From contig JAQGDQ010000325.1 of NCBI GenBank assembly GCA_030141605.1, positions 124,001 to 188,000 of the forward strand: a stretch of DNA of 64,000 nt. Reading direction: 5' to 3'. Below the pieces are notes generated by a model, which did no database searches, was not told the DNA's origin, and was given only the letters and a program-made list of their open reading frames with translations. This DNA is from Tubiluchus corallicola. Its lineage: Eukaryota; Animalia; Priapulida. This document shows positions 1 to 13,152 of the stretch, one piece after another; position 1 is the stretch's first letter, and the number at the start of each line of letters is the position of its first letter. The position numbers and the translations under genes were made by a program.

Positions 1-1049
1 AAAGCTGCTTGCTGATTATTGTTGTTTATTGCGTGGCGTGTGAGGTAGCCATGATGGGCATGGCAAACTATCAAGACTTTATTTAACAAACTATACATTT
101 ATTAAAGCTCAAACGCAACACGGTAAATATAAGAGGATAGTAATGCCAACCCTCCGTCTTCAAGTCAGTTCCTAATCTCCCCCGAGGTGCGGGCCCCAAA
201 ACACTTTTGTCTAACAACCTAATGCGCCGTGAGCTTCTGCGCATAAATATTACATCATCAATCTTTACTTCTGAGTCAGCCGGTCGAACATCAGCTGGTC
301 ACGTGATGCCACACTTAACTAGGCTTCTATCCACGACGATAGTTTAATCTTGCATCGTCAAGCATTTAATCTTGAATTATTAATTTAATAATTTAATCAT
401 CAATCAATTTAATCAAAATCATTATTTAACACAGCTTTCCTTTACTGTAAGCAGTATTCTTCTCTCTGCCTCCTTCTTCGCTAAATTCATTTCTCTTTCA
501 ATTCTTATTTCACCCCACTATCTCTGGCCCTCTCTTTTCTAATTTTCCTTCTCCAAACATTTTCTTGCTCTTACGTCTCTCCCAAACTAGGATTTACCTG
601 AAAGCGAATTCGAATCGAATCGATTCTGTGGCTTTCGAACTATATTCAAACCGAATTTCAGGATTTTCGAATCTGAATCGAATTCTAAATCGAAATTGCT
701 GAAATTCGGTTCGAATCGAAATCAGTATAAGGCTTTTTGAATAAATTTTCCTTTACTGGACTTACAATGTTGAATTTCGCTGGTTGATGCTAACGTGAAG
801 GTTAAAAGTGTTTAGTTTTAGTGGTTTTTAAGTTATGACTGAAAAACTTTTGCAGGTTAAAATGTGGAATGGTGTCAGCTGATCAACATCTGAAAAAGAG
901 CCACCTTGATGTTTTAAAGCATCGAATACAGTTCGGCAAAACAATAAAGAAATCAACCATGCCATAACTGTTGCGTTTTTAATTAACGTGAAGGAATTTT
1001 TCGGCAACGAATACAGCAGAGAAGCAGCTCGATAGAAGAGAGCACTTAC

Positions 1050-1182
1050 ATTGCTATTATTTCGCCAGTGCTGAGGTCTCCGAGGTCTTCTTTACACACG
1101 GTGCCTGAGACGTTTACAGCAATTACAAGAGGCATTCTTTCCTGTGCATCTTCTGATGTATCTGGCAAGATTTCTGAAATAG
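1050..1182 (-). CDS. NRF-6/O-acyltransferase-like protein, coding exon 3; gene incomplete in window
   Basis: Acceptor tgtgttccag (phase 1), donor AT|GTAAGT (phase 2), 133 nt. Encodes AISEILPD...VSGTVCKEDLGDLSTGEIIA, which includes the last NRF Cys and the likely start of the first TM helix. Confidence 0.8.
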
Positions 1183-1811
1183 CTGGAACACAAATTTGGG
1201 TGAAAGAAGATAATGGAATAGATAATAAAAAGATAAAAGGTTTTACAGAGATTTTAGCTTGCTGTTTATATCTCATGAAAACAGAATGTTTTTGGTCTAA
1301 AAACTTCAAGTTTAGATTATTTAAAAATGGGTGAATTGGTCCTGGTAAATTACTATAGCTGTATAGAAATTTTCAGGTGCGTCAGTAGCCGAAATTCAAT
1401 TCAAAATTATGACGTAATTGGTGAATTTTGTAGCTTTCCGTTAGTGCACCGTGGCTTTCCGTAAGCGCGTGCCGTTAAACAAATTCAAACTTCTGCAACT
1501 TACCGAATGCTCGTGCAAAAATATCACAAGATTTGCTTTCTAATTTTTTGCAAAAACTTATTTTTTTAACAATGCTTATTGTTAAACTTTGCTGATTTAA
1601 CTCACTTCTTTGAGCACACTAATTGTTATATAATATGTTATGAAATTTTGCAACTTTTATGCTGATGTACCTTGTGTGCATAACATTGTTTTTAGTGCTA
1701 TAACCTTGAATAGGAAACGTACGTAAAGTGACATTTGGACTAAAATCACTAATGTATCGATTGTGGCATTTACCTCGTTCCTCGTGTATACACGTAAGTC
1801 GTTTTAGTCAA

Positions 1812-1973
1812 TAAACTACATACATACAAACATACATACATACATACATACATACATACATACATACATACATACATACATACATACATACATACATACA
1901 TACATACATACATACATACATACATACATACATACATACATACATACATACATACATACATACATACATACAT
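1812..1973. repeat. (TACA)n microsatellite
   Basis: Direct reading. Confidence 0.97.
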
Positions 1974-2069
1974 AAATATTTTAATTTTTTTAAATAAAGA
2001 TCACGTATTAAGTAAATGGATGAAGTAAATCATTATTATGAAAACGTTACAGATAGCAGAGAATCATAC

Positions 2070-2285
2070 CGAAAGAAAGTATATAGGTCAGATCATCAGC
2101 TGTGCAATTAAATGGCATACAGAACCCAGTCAGGAATGGACCAACAGTGGCTAGACAATAGTTTGCATCAAATGGAGCTCCACCAAAAGTACCAACATCA
2201 ACGGATCGACACATGTCATAACGACCCAACCACAGGAGATTTCCAGCCGTAATTCCATTGGGAATTTTCCCAACGGAATCCAACA
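2070..2285 (-). CDS. NRF-6/O-acyltransferase-like protein, coding exon 2 (NRF domain core)
   Basis: Acceptor ttcctcttttctag, donor G|GTATGA, phase 1/1, 216 nt. The spliced product WAIK-MLDSVGKIPNGITAGNLLWLGRYDMC...YC...GFCMPFNCT matches the NRF-domain pattern WAxxMxDxxGKxPxGxxxGNxxWxGxYxxC...CxPxxC. Confidence 0.92.
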
Positions 2286-2405
2286 CTAGAAAAGAGGAAA
2301 TTCAAACTCTAGAAAATTTGCTGCTTAGATTTTCAATCTAAATTTATTTATTTAGATGTAAGTTCATCTAAATTATTAAAACAATTAACTCACAGTTTGT
2401 ATTAA

Positions 2406-3013
2406 AGCAAAACCGGGCCCAATCTTAAACTGCAGATCAAAATAGTTCACTCTTTAAAATATTGAAAGCGAACATACTATTTTTTCAAAAATGATTTAGG
2501 TGAAAAAATTATTACCACACCAACACAATTTCACGTTGGCGTCACTAGTTGTTTGCTGTTACATGCATTTCGTTATTCGCTAGTTAGATGGGCACTAGCG
2601 CGTGCATTTCGGAAACGCATTGCACAAAAACATGTGCTGTACCTTTCAGTGCAGATGTGTTAGTTTGTGACGAACTACACACGTTCGACAGCTCTTGCGT
2701 GAGTACAGCGGTAAGTTTGAAGTTTGATTTTTGATCTTAAAACTTGCCAATTTTTAGTACAACACACTGAATATCTAACATTAACATTGTACTTCAATAT
2801 TCGCTTTCACAAACACACGCAACACGCTCGTGGAATATTTTTGCTGTTGAAAATTATGTTAGTTTGTGATGTCATCAATTGTTGAGCTCGCCTGCCATTA
2901 ATTAAGATTTTAATCTATTATTTAATTATCAGAAACGCTTTTGAAGTACAAATTGTGTATACTTTTTATCGGACATGAAAATGGGGTAGTAAGAATAATC
3001 ATCCTGTCTTCCT
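2406..3013 (-). mobile_element. TTAA-flanked non-autonomous DNA transposon (Kolobok-like), family 1
   Basis: TTAA on both sides, AG...CT termini. Reverse-complement homologue of 43679-44385 and 55411-56015. Confidence 0.72.
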
Positions 3014-3630
3014 TTAATGAATTAATACCATACTGTGTAGCGTACCTATATAAATTTAATCTTTTACATAGGATTTTTATATACTGAAATCAATTTAAAA
3101 TTAAATTAAGTTACAGACAAAATCAAAGATTTGCAGAAAATTCATAGTTCAAGCAATTTACTGTTAAAAATAGTAGATTAACATTATAATTTTAGGGACC
3201 AAGAACCATTTTGGGTTATTTTATAATGAAGCAAAATGTTCATCTTTCAAGCTTTAGGCTTGCCTACGTTTGGAACACATTTTAAAACAGTGCCCCCTGT
3301 TGCTATTTTGCTGAAACATTGTCGTTTGACACCAGTTTCACACGGGTAGTACCTTTTATAAAAATAACGTACATTCGTATAAGATTGAAAGTAAGATTTC
3401 GATTTTACTATTTAGTACCGTTTGTCAACATTTCATTAGGCTAAATTCTGGCCTATTGACCGATATTGTTTGTGTTTGCAATGTTACAGTCCATCTTGGC
3501 ATCACCGACTAAAGTCCAGCCTTAGGGCGCGCAGTTTTCTCTCTGACAACAAACTCGCAAGTGTGAACTGTTTGTAAGTTACTGTTGGCGAGTTACTGCA
3601 AACTCTCCAGCAGTTGTTATTATCCATTGT

Positions 3631-3975
3631 GAACACCTTGGCGAGTTACTGTCAATATTTCTCTCAGTGGGTAGAGAACTGAGTTACAACTCCCGCTTAC
3701 TGTTAAAGAGTAACTCACAGCAAGTTTTGCTTTCTAGTCTGAACACCCTTGCGAGTTACTGTCAATCTTTCTCTCAGTGGATAGAGAACTGAGTTACAAC
3801 TCCCGCTTACTGTTGAAGAGTAACTCACAGCAAGTTTTGCTTTATAGTCTGAACACCTTGGCGAATTACTGTCAATCTTTCTCTCAGTGGATAGAGAACT
3901 GAGTTACAACTCCCGCTTACTGTTGTAGAGTAACTCACAGCAAGTTTTGCTTTCTAGTCTGAACACGCTTGCGTG
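3631..3975. repeat. 110-bp tandem repeat, 3 copies
   Basis: gaacac starts recur at 3631, 3741, 3851 and 3961. Confidence 0.92.
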
Positions 3976-4059
3976 TTACTTGGCAAATTAACTTGGAAAA
4001 AAATCTAGCACGTCTGAATGCGCCTTTATTATTGAAAATTTCTTAAAAACACTTCTTTT

Positions 4060-4800
4060 TTCTCATATTACCTGGCATTTTTTAGACAAGAATGCCGGAA
4101 CTTTTGTAAACCATTGCGGGTAATGAGTTGGGGAAAGAACAAACTGAAAAACTGTGGACTAGTTGTGGAATACTAATCCCAGGTCTGGCGTTCAAATCCC
4201 GACTAGTTCAAAATTCTTTAGCGTCTCATTTTTCTAACTCATTAACCACGGTGGCTTATAATTGGTAAAGTAAACGGCAATGGTTTATAAAAGAAGTTCA
4301 CAGTCATAATTAAATAATTAATGATATCGTTAATTGCCAGCTAATTTGGGAAATTATTGATACCATAAGTACTCCCCTACTGTTATGGGTATAGGTGGCG
4401 CTGTTGGGTTGTGAACTACAAGGAGAAAATCTTAGGCATGTTCTGTCTTGCTGGGCTGGTAGTTTAGGTGGTAGAGCATGGGAATAGTAATCCCAGGTCT
4501 CGGGTTCAAGCCGCGACTAGTCAACAATTTTTCAGCGTCTCTTTTCTTTCTCCAACTCTTTGCCAAAAACTTTTACGGTTTATAAAAGTTCCGGCAATCT
4601 AATTTAATCAATGCCAGATAATTTGAGAAATAATGATTCCACGTGTACCTCTCCCCTACAATGGCACGAGTACAGGTGGCGCTGTTGGATTGTGTGCTAC
4701 CAGCAAGAAATCTTAGACCTGCTCTAAATCACGTTGAACTGACGGCTCAGCTGCAGAACGAGGGAGTACTCCGGTTCAAATCCCGAATCAAAACTTATTT
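4060..4800. repeat. About 300-bp degenerate repeat with tRNA-like modules
   Basis: B-box-like GTTCAA(A/G)(T/C)C near 4190, 4503 and 4773; best module 4454-4521; shared aggtggcgctgttgg block. Confidence 0.65.
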
Positions 4801-6302
4801 CCAACTTTTTTTGAAAATCCAGTCAAGATAAATGTAAAAAGATACAATACCAGACATAATGAATATATACCAAGACTTTGTAGAACAAATATGGCGAAAC
4901 ATTTCATCAGCTATATGGGATGAGTCCTATGGAATAGACTAAGCCGCAATTCAAAATGTAGTCACTCCCTTTCAACTTTTAAAAAACCGCCAAAAAAGAA
5001 ATATTTCAAAAGTATTGAGAGTAACACAGTTTGATAATGGTAATCACCTGCATTCTTTTTCCCAGTAATCTTAATAAAACGTGACTATGCTCAACAGGTT
5101 ACTGAACACTTTATAATCATGATTGCAGTTTTTCTTAATTCTCACTCCATTTCATCTTTCATTCACTACTCCCCCCACTTTTATGTATATATTATCATTA
5201 TTTCAATTATTAATCACTTCTTTAAGATTTCCATGTACAGTTTGGCCTGTCAAGCTATGCTTTTAGGCTCAAACTGTATGCATCAAAATTATTCTGTAAT
5301 GTAATTTGCACATGTATATGCTGCATAAGAATCTCTTTTGTAATTTCTGGATAATATTGCATTTATATTTATATTTACTTCAGTGACATTATCTGCATTT
5401 TTTAGTATAACTGTTAGATGCAGAGTGGAAATAAATAAACTTATAACTTATAACTCAATGGGTAATAATTGTTATGACGTAAATCGTAATGGTTCATCAA
5501 CATTCTGACATTCACGATCATTATGTGATTAATAATATCGTTAATTGTCAGCTAATTTGAAAACAAAAGAAAGAATTTTTTAAGAAAATTTCAATAATAG
5601 CGGCGCATTCAGACTAGCGAGTTTTGTTTCGAAGTTAACTTGCCAAGTAACTCGCAAACATGTTCAGACTAGAAAGCAAAACTTTCTGCGAGTTACTCTC
5701 AGACAGAGTCTTATGACATAGACATAGACATAGAACATTTATTTTTTCCAATTAGTTTAACATCAAAAGTTTTTTTAAATATTAAGTAATTATAATCATG
5801 GAGCAGGGCAGGGAAGGACCATAGGGTCATCTACTCTCCTGCCCTTTCTTATAAATAGATTAGGATATTAAAAATTAACGGTGATGCTGCAGATAACAAA
5901 AACAAAAACAAATAAGAAAAAAATAATAACAAAAACAGTATAAATTATACAAATTACCCAAAAAGAACTGAAAACAAAAGATAATAAAGTTAGATACCAA
6001 AATCTAAACAAAACAATACAATTATTCAGTAATTAGGACTATTATATGTAGTAGTTTCGAATGTGGCCTTATTAACAGGGGAATTTGACCAAGGTTAGTG
6101 AGTAATGATAAAAACTGAGAGTATGGAAAGAAAAAATAAGCATCAAAAAAGTGTCATATAGAAAAATTTATGAGAAAAAGTAAGCATGAAGTAAGTATGA
6201 GAAAGAGCAACAATTACTTAGGAGATGAGGAGAAAAAAGAAAAGAAAAAAACTTGCTAGCTTTTTAAGAACATTTTGGTATTTGCTAACTAAATATTCTT
6301 AC

Positions 6303-6717
6303 TTTTGATTGCCCACATGTCTCCATTCATGAGACCATTCATCCATCTGATCAAATCATAGAAGCAAAATCGAGTAATCTCAAAAGGCGGCAGAGTTGGT
6401 AGGGTGATGTCCCTCGCCAAGTCATTTTCACCAATTCCGTGCTTCTTCAAAAGAAGTTTAACAGCTGCTAGAAGACTTTCAGCTGAAACTGTCACTCCCT
6501 CTGTGGGTTTGGGAGCTAAGATGTCCAAATCTGGCCGGATTTGGTTGAAATCCGGATCTTGAAGTTGACGTGTTAAAGGAAGGTCTGTGTCGACGGCAAG
6601 ATTCAAAAGTGACTGCAGGTCAAATCTTGTGAATTCTGGTTCAAATTGCTGATCTAAATGTCCACTGACTCGAAGAATGGTCAATGCAAAAATGAAGAAT
6701 GTATGAAGATGCTGCAT
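6303..6717 (-). CDS. NRF-6 (nose resistant to fluoxetine 6)/O-acyltransferase-like protein, coding exon 1 (signal peptide and start of NRF domain)
   Basis: ATG at 6717 gives MQHLHTFFIFALTILRVSG (signal-peptide-like). The exon ends CFYDLIRWMNGLMNGDMWAIK, then A|GTAAGA donor, phase 1 (415 nt). Confidence 0.88.
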
Positions 6718-6954
6718 TTTCACTTTTTTCAGCTTTACTAAGGCGCACTTTCACAATTCAATCACCATCGTAAAATCACCAACTTCGCAAAGGTTAAACA
6801 CAATTGTTTTTACTGTTTCCTAACACAGTACCACTATTCGTTTTCAAAAACTTTGTTTTCCAACGATTTTTGAAAGAAACTTGCTCGTTCTTGTTAACCT
6901 GGTCAGTTCTTTAATTCATTTGTTACTGCATTTGTAGTGCAAAACTGTTCCAAA

Positions 6955-7543
6955 ACTGTCCATCCAATGTGGCTAGTACATACACAGAGCACTTTTTAAG
7001 CCAGATTACAAAATGTTTGCACTGTATATCCTAAGTGTTACTGTCCATTCAATGTGGCTAGTACATACACAGAGCACTTTTTAAGCCAGATTACAAAATG
7101 TTTGCACTGTATCCTAAGTGTTACTATCCATCCAATGTGGCTAGTCCATACACAGAGCACTTTTTAAGCCAGATTACAAAATGTTTGCACTGTATCCTAA
7201 GTGTTACTGTCCATCCAATGTGGCTAGTCCATACACAGAGCACTTTTTAAGCCAGATTACAAAATGTTTGCACTGTATCCTAAGTGTTACTGTCCATCCA
7301 ATGTGGCTAGTACATGCACAGAGCACTTTTTAAGCCAGATTATAAAATGTTTGCACTGTACCCTAAGTGTTACTGCCCATCCAATGTGGCTAGTCCATAC
7401 ACAGAGCACTTTTTTAAGCCAGATTACAAAATGTTTGCACTGTATATCCTAAGTGTTACTGTCCATCCAATGTGACTAGTACATACACAGAGCACTTTTT
7501 AAGTCAGATTACAAAATGTTTGCACTGTATCCTAAGTGTTACT
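6955..7543. repeat. 83-bp minisatellite, about 7 copies
   Basis: Unit actgtccatccaatgtggctagtacatacacagagcactttttaagccagattacaaaatgtttgcactgtatcctaagtgtt. Confidence 0.95.
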
Positions 7544-8099
7544 ATAACAGCAGAAGTGAATATATCACATCTATCACTGATTCTACTCTACTTGATATTT
7601 ATATAACACCGTTTACTCATATTCCAGACAATATCAAGATAGCTAGTTACTATTCTCGATATGACCAATCAGAGGATTTCGCAAACAGAAATATGAGGCT
7701 ATTTGATTGATTAATCTTGCCATATTCGGGTTAATAGGCTTGCCTACTGCAAGGTCGAGAAATGCACGCAGACTTTGGCGTTTTCTCAGTGTCACGTGAT
7801 CAAATATACGACACTGCCACCGGAAGTAGGCCTAACCTAGACCCTGGTCTCAGAAATAACCACTCACTGGTCACTGGTCACCAGACGTTTAATTTTTACA
7901 ATGTTAAATACTTTAGAACAATCGGTACGAATTTGATGAAATTTTGTCACCATGAACTGTATAACACGGCTGCTTACCCAGACCAAAAATGTACTATCTA
8001 TTGGGATTTCTAAACTTAGTTATCTAAACAGTTTACTATGTTTTGTTACAGATTTTTGTTTTCTTGAGTATACGAAACTCAAATATGTTTACCATTAAT

Positions 8100-9003
8100 A
8101 TTCTTTCTAGTTAAAACAACACAACTTTATTAAAACTTACATTGTTAAAAAATCATATTAAACGTTTCGACAGAGCTACTGCTGTCATCATCAGTGGTAA
8201 ATTTTTACAAACATACAACCAGTTTATATAGGCAGAGCCTGCAGTATAGAACATTATGCACTAATTATGTATTTAACAGAAGCCAAATACGTAATGAATA
8301 AGCAGACCAGTAAAGAAATTGATACACTAAATTATGTATTTACGAAAAGCAAAATAGGTAATGAATAAGCAGATCAGTAGAAAAGAAATTGGTACAGCAA
8401 ATTAAGCACTGATTACAAATTCGTCTTGAAGTTTCTCATCACCAAAATCACATCAAGGCAACAGCCACTTGCTTGACTGAATACAAACCAATCTTAATTA
8501 ATAGAAAACGAAAATTTTAAAAACATTTTCACCAGATTGAAGAAGATTTGTCCTAGAGTAACTTCTATTTGACATAATTTTATACAACTTTGCAAGAAAA
8601 CCCCTCGTTACTTAAACATAACCTGGCGTACCTAAGTAATTGACTACAAAATACATTATAACCATCTTAAGTGGAATGTAGCTAGAAAGAAAAGTATACC
8701 TGACGACAGGAAAGGAGAAATCATCAACTTTACCTGTGAAAAAACCTGTGGAAACACACCTATCAGTGTTTGTTAAACTTTCTAAACTGAAATGTGATTG
8801 TAGTTCATCTCACATGTGTGTAGATTTATCTCTTCCACATTTTATTCATAGACGACGCAAGTGTCATTATAGTCTGCTTACCAGAACTGTGCAATGTGAC
8901 AATACTCTGATGCCAAATATTGCTAATGAATCTGATGTGTGATATACTTCAAAATATTTTAGGTTGTGGACATCTTTCTCATTTGGTTTAGGTAGCCTTT
9001 AAT
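8100..9003 (-). mobile_element. Decayed Penelope-like retroelement fragment
   Basis: Minus-strand translation of 8725-8617 gives DDFSFPVVRYTFLSSYIP, then a frameshift, then GYNVFCSQLLRYARLC, which resembles the Penelope-like RT C-terminal motif. A hammerhead core lies downstream at 8161-8194. Confidence 0.72.
8140..8215 (-). ncRNA. Minimal type I hammerhead ribozyme motif (Penelope-associated), probably partly decayed
   Basis: Minus strand reads CTGATGA-T-GACAG-cagtagct-CTGTC-GAAA-CGTT: both conserved core boxes, a 5-bp stem II and a palindromic ACGT stem III. Confidence 0.68.
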
Positions 9004-9005
9004 AT

Positions 9006-9580
<575 letters not shown>

Positions 9581-11011
9581 GCATGTAATTAGTAGAGATA
9601 GTATTTTATGTTTGTGTACGTGTAGTAATTTGTGTTTTTAGTGAATTATATGGCAATTTTATTGCTGAAATAAAAGGTGAATTGAATTGAATTGATTGTA
9701 AATATCAAATAACTAACAGACTCATTTGTTACTGCTCCTACGTGTTGTAACTAAACTCTGTGGATAAATATTAGAAAGCTTCAAAAACTTCATAATTAAG
9801 CACACAAATTCAGTTAAAGGTTGCAGGCTGAGATGATTAGGTGTTTTCTATAGACCTTTGACCACCTTGGTGAGCTGATTTTGATTCTTATCACTAATCA
9901 AATGGAGGCGACATGGCGATCACGAGAGGCTCTCCTACCGTTTGAGTCGTCACGTGACCTGGAAAAGTTGTGACCTAAACCTGTATTTCATCCGGGAGTC
10001 TGAGACTGCAGGAAAACCCAAACGGCTCACATCAAATGTTTTCCATAATTATGACAGTATTTTATGATGTAAGTCATAGAGAAGTCTTTCAGCAAGTGAG
10101 AAAGCTCGGAATTGAAAGCTTATAGAATAGGTATACAACACGCTCTTGCCTCTAATATGAAAATATAGTTGTTGAGAACTTAAAAATTTTATTTGACATA
10201 GACATAGACATAGGCATAGATATTTTTATTTATCTCCTCATTTACACCAGAATACAAGTAGACTATTATTGTTATAGTTATTAATTAAAAAGGATACCGC
10301 TAGCGCTGCTGCTAGGTAGAGAAACTACTGTCGCTCACGCAATATGCATTGTCAGTTGTCACGTGTTTAAAAACCGTGTAGCGGCATATTCTTGAACTGC
10401 GCCAATTTAGGCTATTCGTATGCAAAGAAATATTTTTGCTTAGGATTTTATCAAGTTTATGTATAAATTAGGTTGTTTGTTTTAGATTACAATTACAACA
10501 TTAAAATTGCATAATTATGTTTTTTTCGTTTTACGCAGTATTAAAACAATGGCTATTTTTTAATTTCGCATCACCCCCAGTAATTTTAGCTACAAGCCTC
10601 CATTTTTTCACTGGTAACCGAAATTATTGTTTCGATTGCCCCTCTGAATGCAAGAGCTGCAGCTGTTTTACGTACAAATTTATTCGTACCATTTCAATTT
10701 GACACACTTGATCTCATGTGGTGTTTGATTTTGTACACATAAGAGATTTACTAGTTCAGTTCTTTATCTATTCAGAAATGTTTAAACAGCTTAACGTTGT
10801 TTTTGTAATCTAAACTTATCAGTTGCAGTAATCCTGATATGTTGGCTGAGTTACTAGACGTGCAAAACACATACTTGCATTTCTCATACCTTGTGGTGAA
10901 ACAATGCGACAGGAAAAAACGTTTTTTATTCGTAATATGATGTTATGGCGCATTTCATACGTAGAGACTTCTCTCACAACTTGTTGCGCAACTTCTCTGT
11001 GAGAGTAAAGA

Positions 11012-11235
11012 AACAGTAGCAGTAGCAACAGCAACAGTAGCAGTAGCAACAGCAGCAACAACAACGGTAGCAGCAACAGCAACAGTAGCAGTAGCAACAG
11101 CAGCAACAACAACAGTAGCAGCAACAACAGCAGTAGCAGGAGTAGCAACAACAACAACAACAGCAGTAGCAGGAGTAGCAACAACAACAACAACAGTAGC
11201 AGCAACAACAACAACAGTAGCAGCAGCAGCACAGC

Positions 11236-11288
<53 letters not shown>

Positions 11289-11583
11289 AACAACAATAAC
11301 AGCAAGAGCAACAATAACAACAATTACAACAACAACAACAACAACAACAACAACAGCAAAAGCAACAATAACAGCAAGAGCAACAATAACAACAATTACT
11401 ACAACAACAACAACTACAACAACAACAACTACAACAACAACAACAGCAAAAGCAAGAATAACAGCAACAGCAACAGCAGCACTAGCAGCAGCAGCAGCAA
11501 CAACAACAACAACAACTACTACTACAACAACAACTACAACAACAACAACAGCAAAAGCAACAATAACAGCAACAGCAGCACTA

Positions 11584-11614
<31 letters not shown>

Positions 11615-11638
11615 CAACAGTAGCAGCAGCAGCAGCAG
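11012..11638. repeat. Compound (CAA)n/(CAG)n microsatellite
   Basis: Direct reading. Confidence 0.95.
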
Positions 11639-11693
11639 TGATAGTGGAATGTAGGTAAAGCTTAGTGTAGTCATTTCATAGTCATTAGCACAT

Positions 11694-12100
11694 GCGTGTT
11701 ACTCAGCAATTACAGAAAAACTTACCAAACCGCTCCTGGAGGGAGCCACGATCCAATGTGCAAGCGAAAATGAAGCGTGTTACTCAGCAATTACAGAAAA
11801 ACTTACCAAACCGCTCCTGGAGGGAGCCACGATCCAATGTGCAAGCGAAAATGAAGCGTGTTACTCAGCAATTACAGAAAAACTTACCAAACCGCTCCTG
11901 GAGGGAGTCACGATCCAATGTGCAAGTGAAAATGAAGCGTGTTACTCAGCAATTACAGAAAAACTTACCAAACCGCTCCTGGAGGGAGCCACGATCCAAT
12001 GTGCAAGCGAAAATGAAGCGTGTTACTCAGCAATTACAGAAAAACTTACCAAACCGCTCCTGGAGGGAGCCACGATCCAATGTGCAAGCGAAAATGAAGC
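11694..12100. repeat. 81-bp minisatellite, 5 near-identical copies
   Basis: gcgtgttactcagcaattacag recurs every 81 bp; produces the 27-aa periodic ORF 11692-12105. Confidence 0.95.
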
Positions 12101-12683
12101 CATGAATGTCAACATGTATTTCGTCTTCATTATATTTTCAACACTTGGCTGCCACACAAGTCCATAATGTAGTGATAACTGAATTCACGATATAGGATAT
12201 TAATAGTTTGCTGAGTTAAATTATTAATTTTGGATGCACTAGCGCGACACAGCTAATAGATAAAGTGAATTATTTAGTGGATGTTTTCCTTTTAAAAGGT
12301 CACCACATTACTTATGAAAGGCAGGCAAAATACCATTTGTGGCAACTTCTAGTTGCGCGATAAAATGCAGGCAGTACAGTGTCACAGTGGACATTAAAGT
12401 GTGACACATGCTGAATTGTATCTGCGCGGTGCGATATAGGCCAAGCAGTGCCATGGTAGACATTGAAGTATATGACACATGTTCAACTCCAGTAGCGTAA
12501 TACGATGTACACTGACAATCAGGTTTGGCAGTGGGTTACCTGAACTTAAGCATCATCAGTTTTAATTGGTAAGAAGATAGGTAAATATAGTCGAGACTGT
12601 GGCTGGTGTTAGCTTAGTTTAAACAACATAATTTATTACTGGTTTGGATCAGACAGTTTAAAAACGTGATTTAAACGAGATTT

Positions 12684-12685
<2 letters not shown>

Positions 12686-12761
<76 letters not shown>

Positions 12762-12901
12762 TACTCTCTCCTCCACTCCCACTCTCTCTCTTTCTCTTTC
12801 TCTTTCTCTTTCTCTTTCTCTTTCTCTTTCTCTTTCTCTCTCTCTCTCCCTCTCCCTCTCCCTCCCCTCTGTCTCTCTCTCTCCCCACCTCTCTTTCTTT
12901 T

Positions 12902-12955
<54 letters not shown>

Positions 12956-13057
12956 TCTCTCCTCCACTCCCACTCTCTCTCTTTCTCTTTCTCTCTCTCT
13001 CTCCCCTCTCCCTCCCCTCTGTCTCTCTCTCTCTCCCCACCTCTCTTTCTTTTTCTG

Positions 13058-13103
<46 letters not shown>

Positions 13104-13152
13104 CACCTCTCTCTCTCTTTCTCTGTCCCTCTCTCCCTCTCCATCTCTCTCT
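12686..13152. repeat. (CT)n-rich tract
   Basis: Direct reading. Confidence 0.95.

Noticed and set aside
38-313. Possible solo LTR (TG...CA ends)
   Set aside because: No target-site duplication and no second copy in the window.
4454-4521. Functional tRNA-Thr(AGT) gene
   Set aside because: Acceptor and T stems are imperfect, and it is one of several decayed modules in a repeat; likewise for the SINE heads.
11692-12105. 137-aa plus-strand ORF of five 27-aa repeats
   Set aside because: An 81-bp unit keeps any stop-free frame open; no recognisable domain. Treated as a by-product of the minisatellite.
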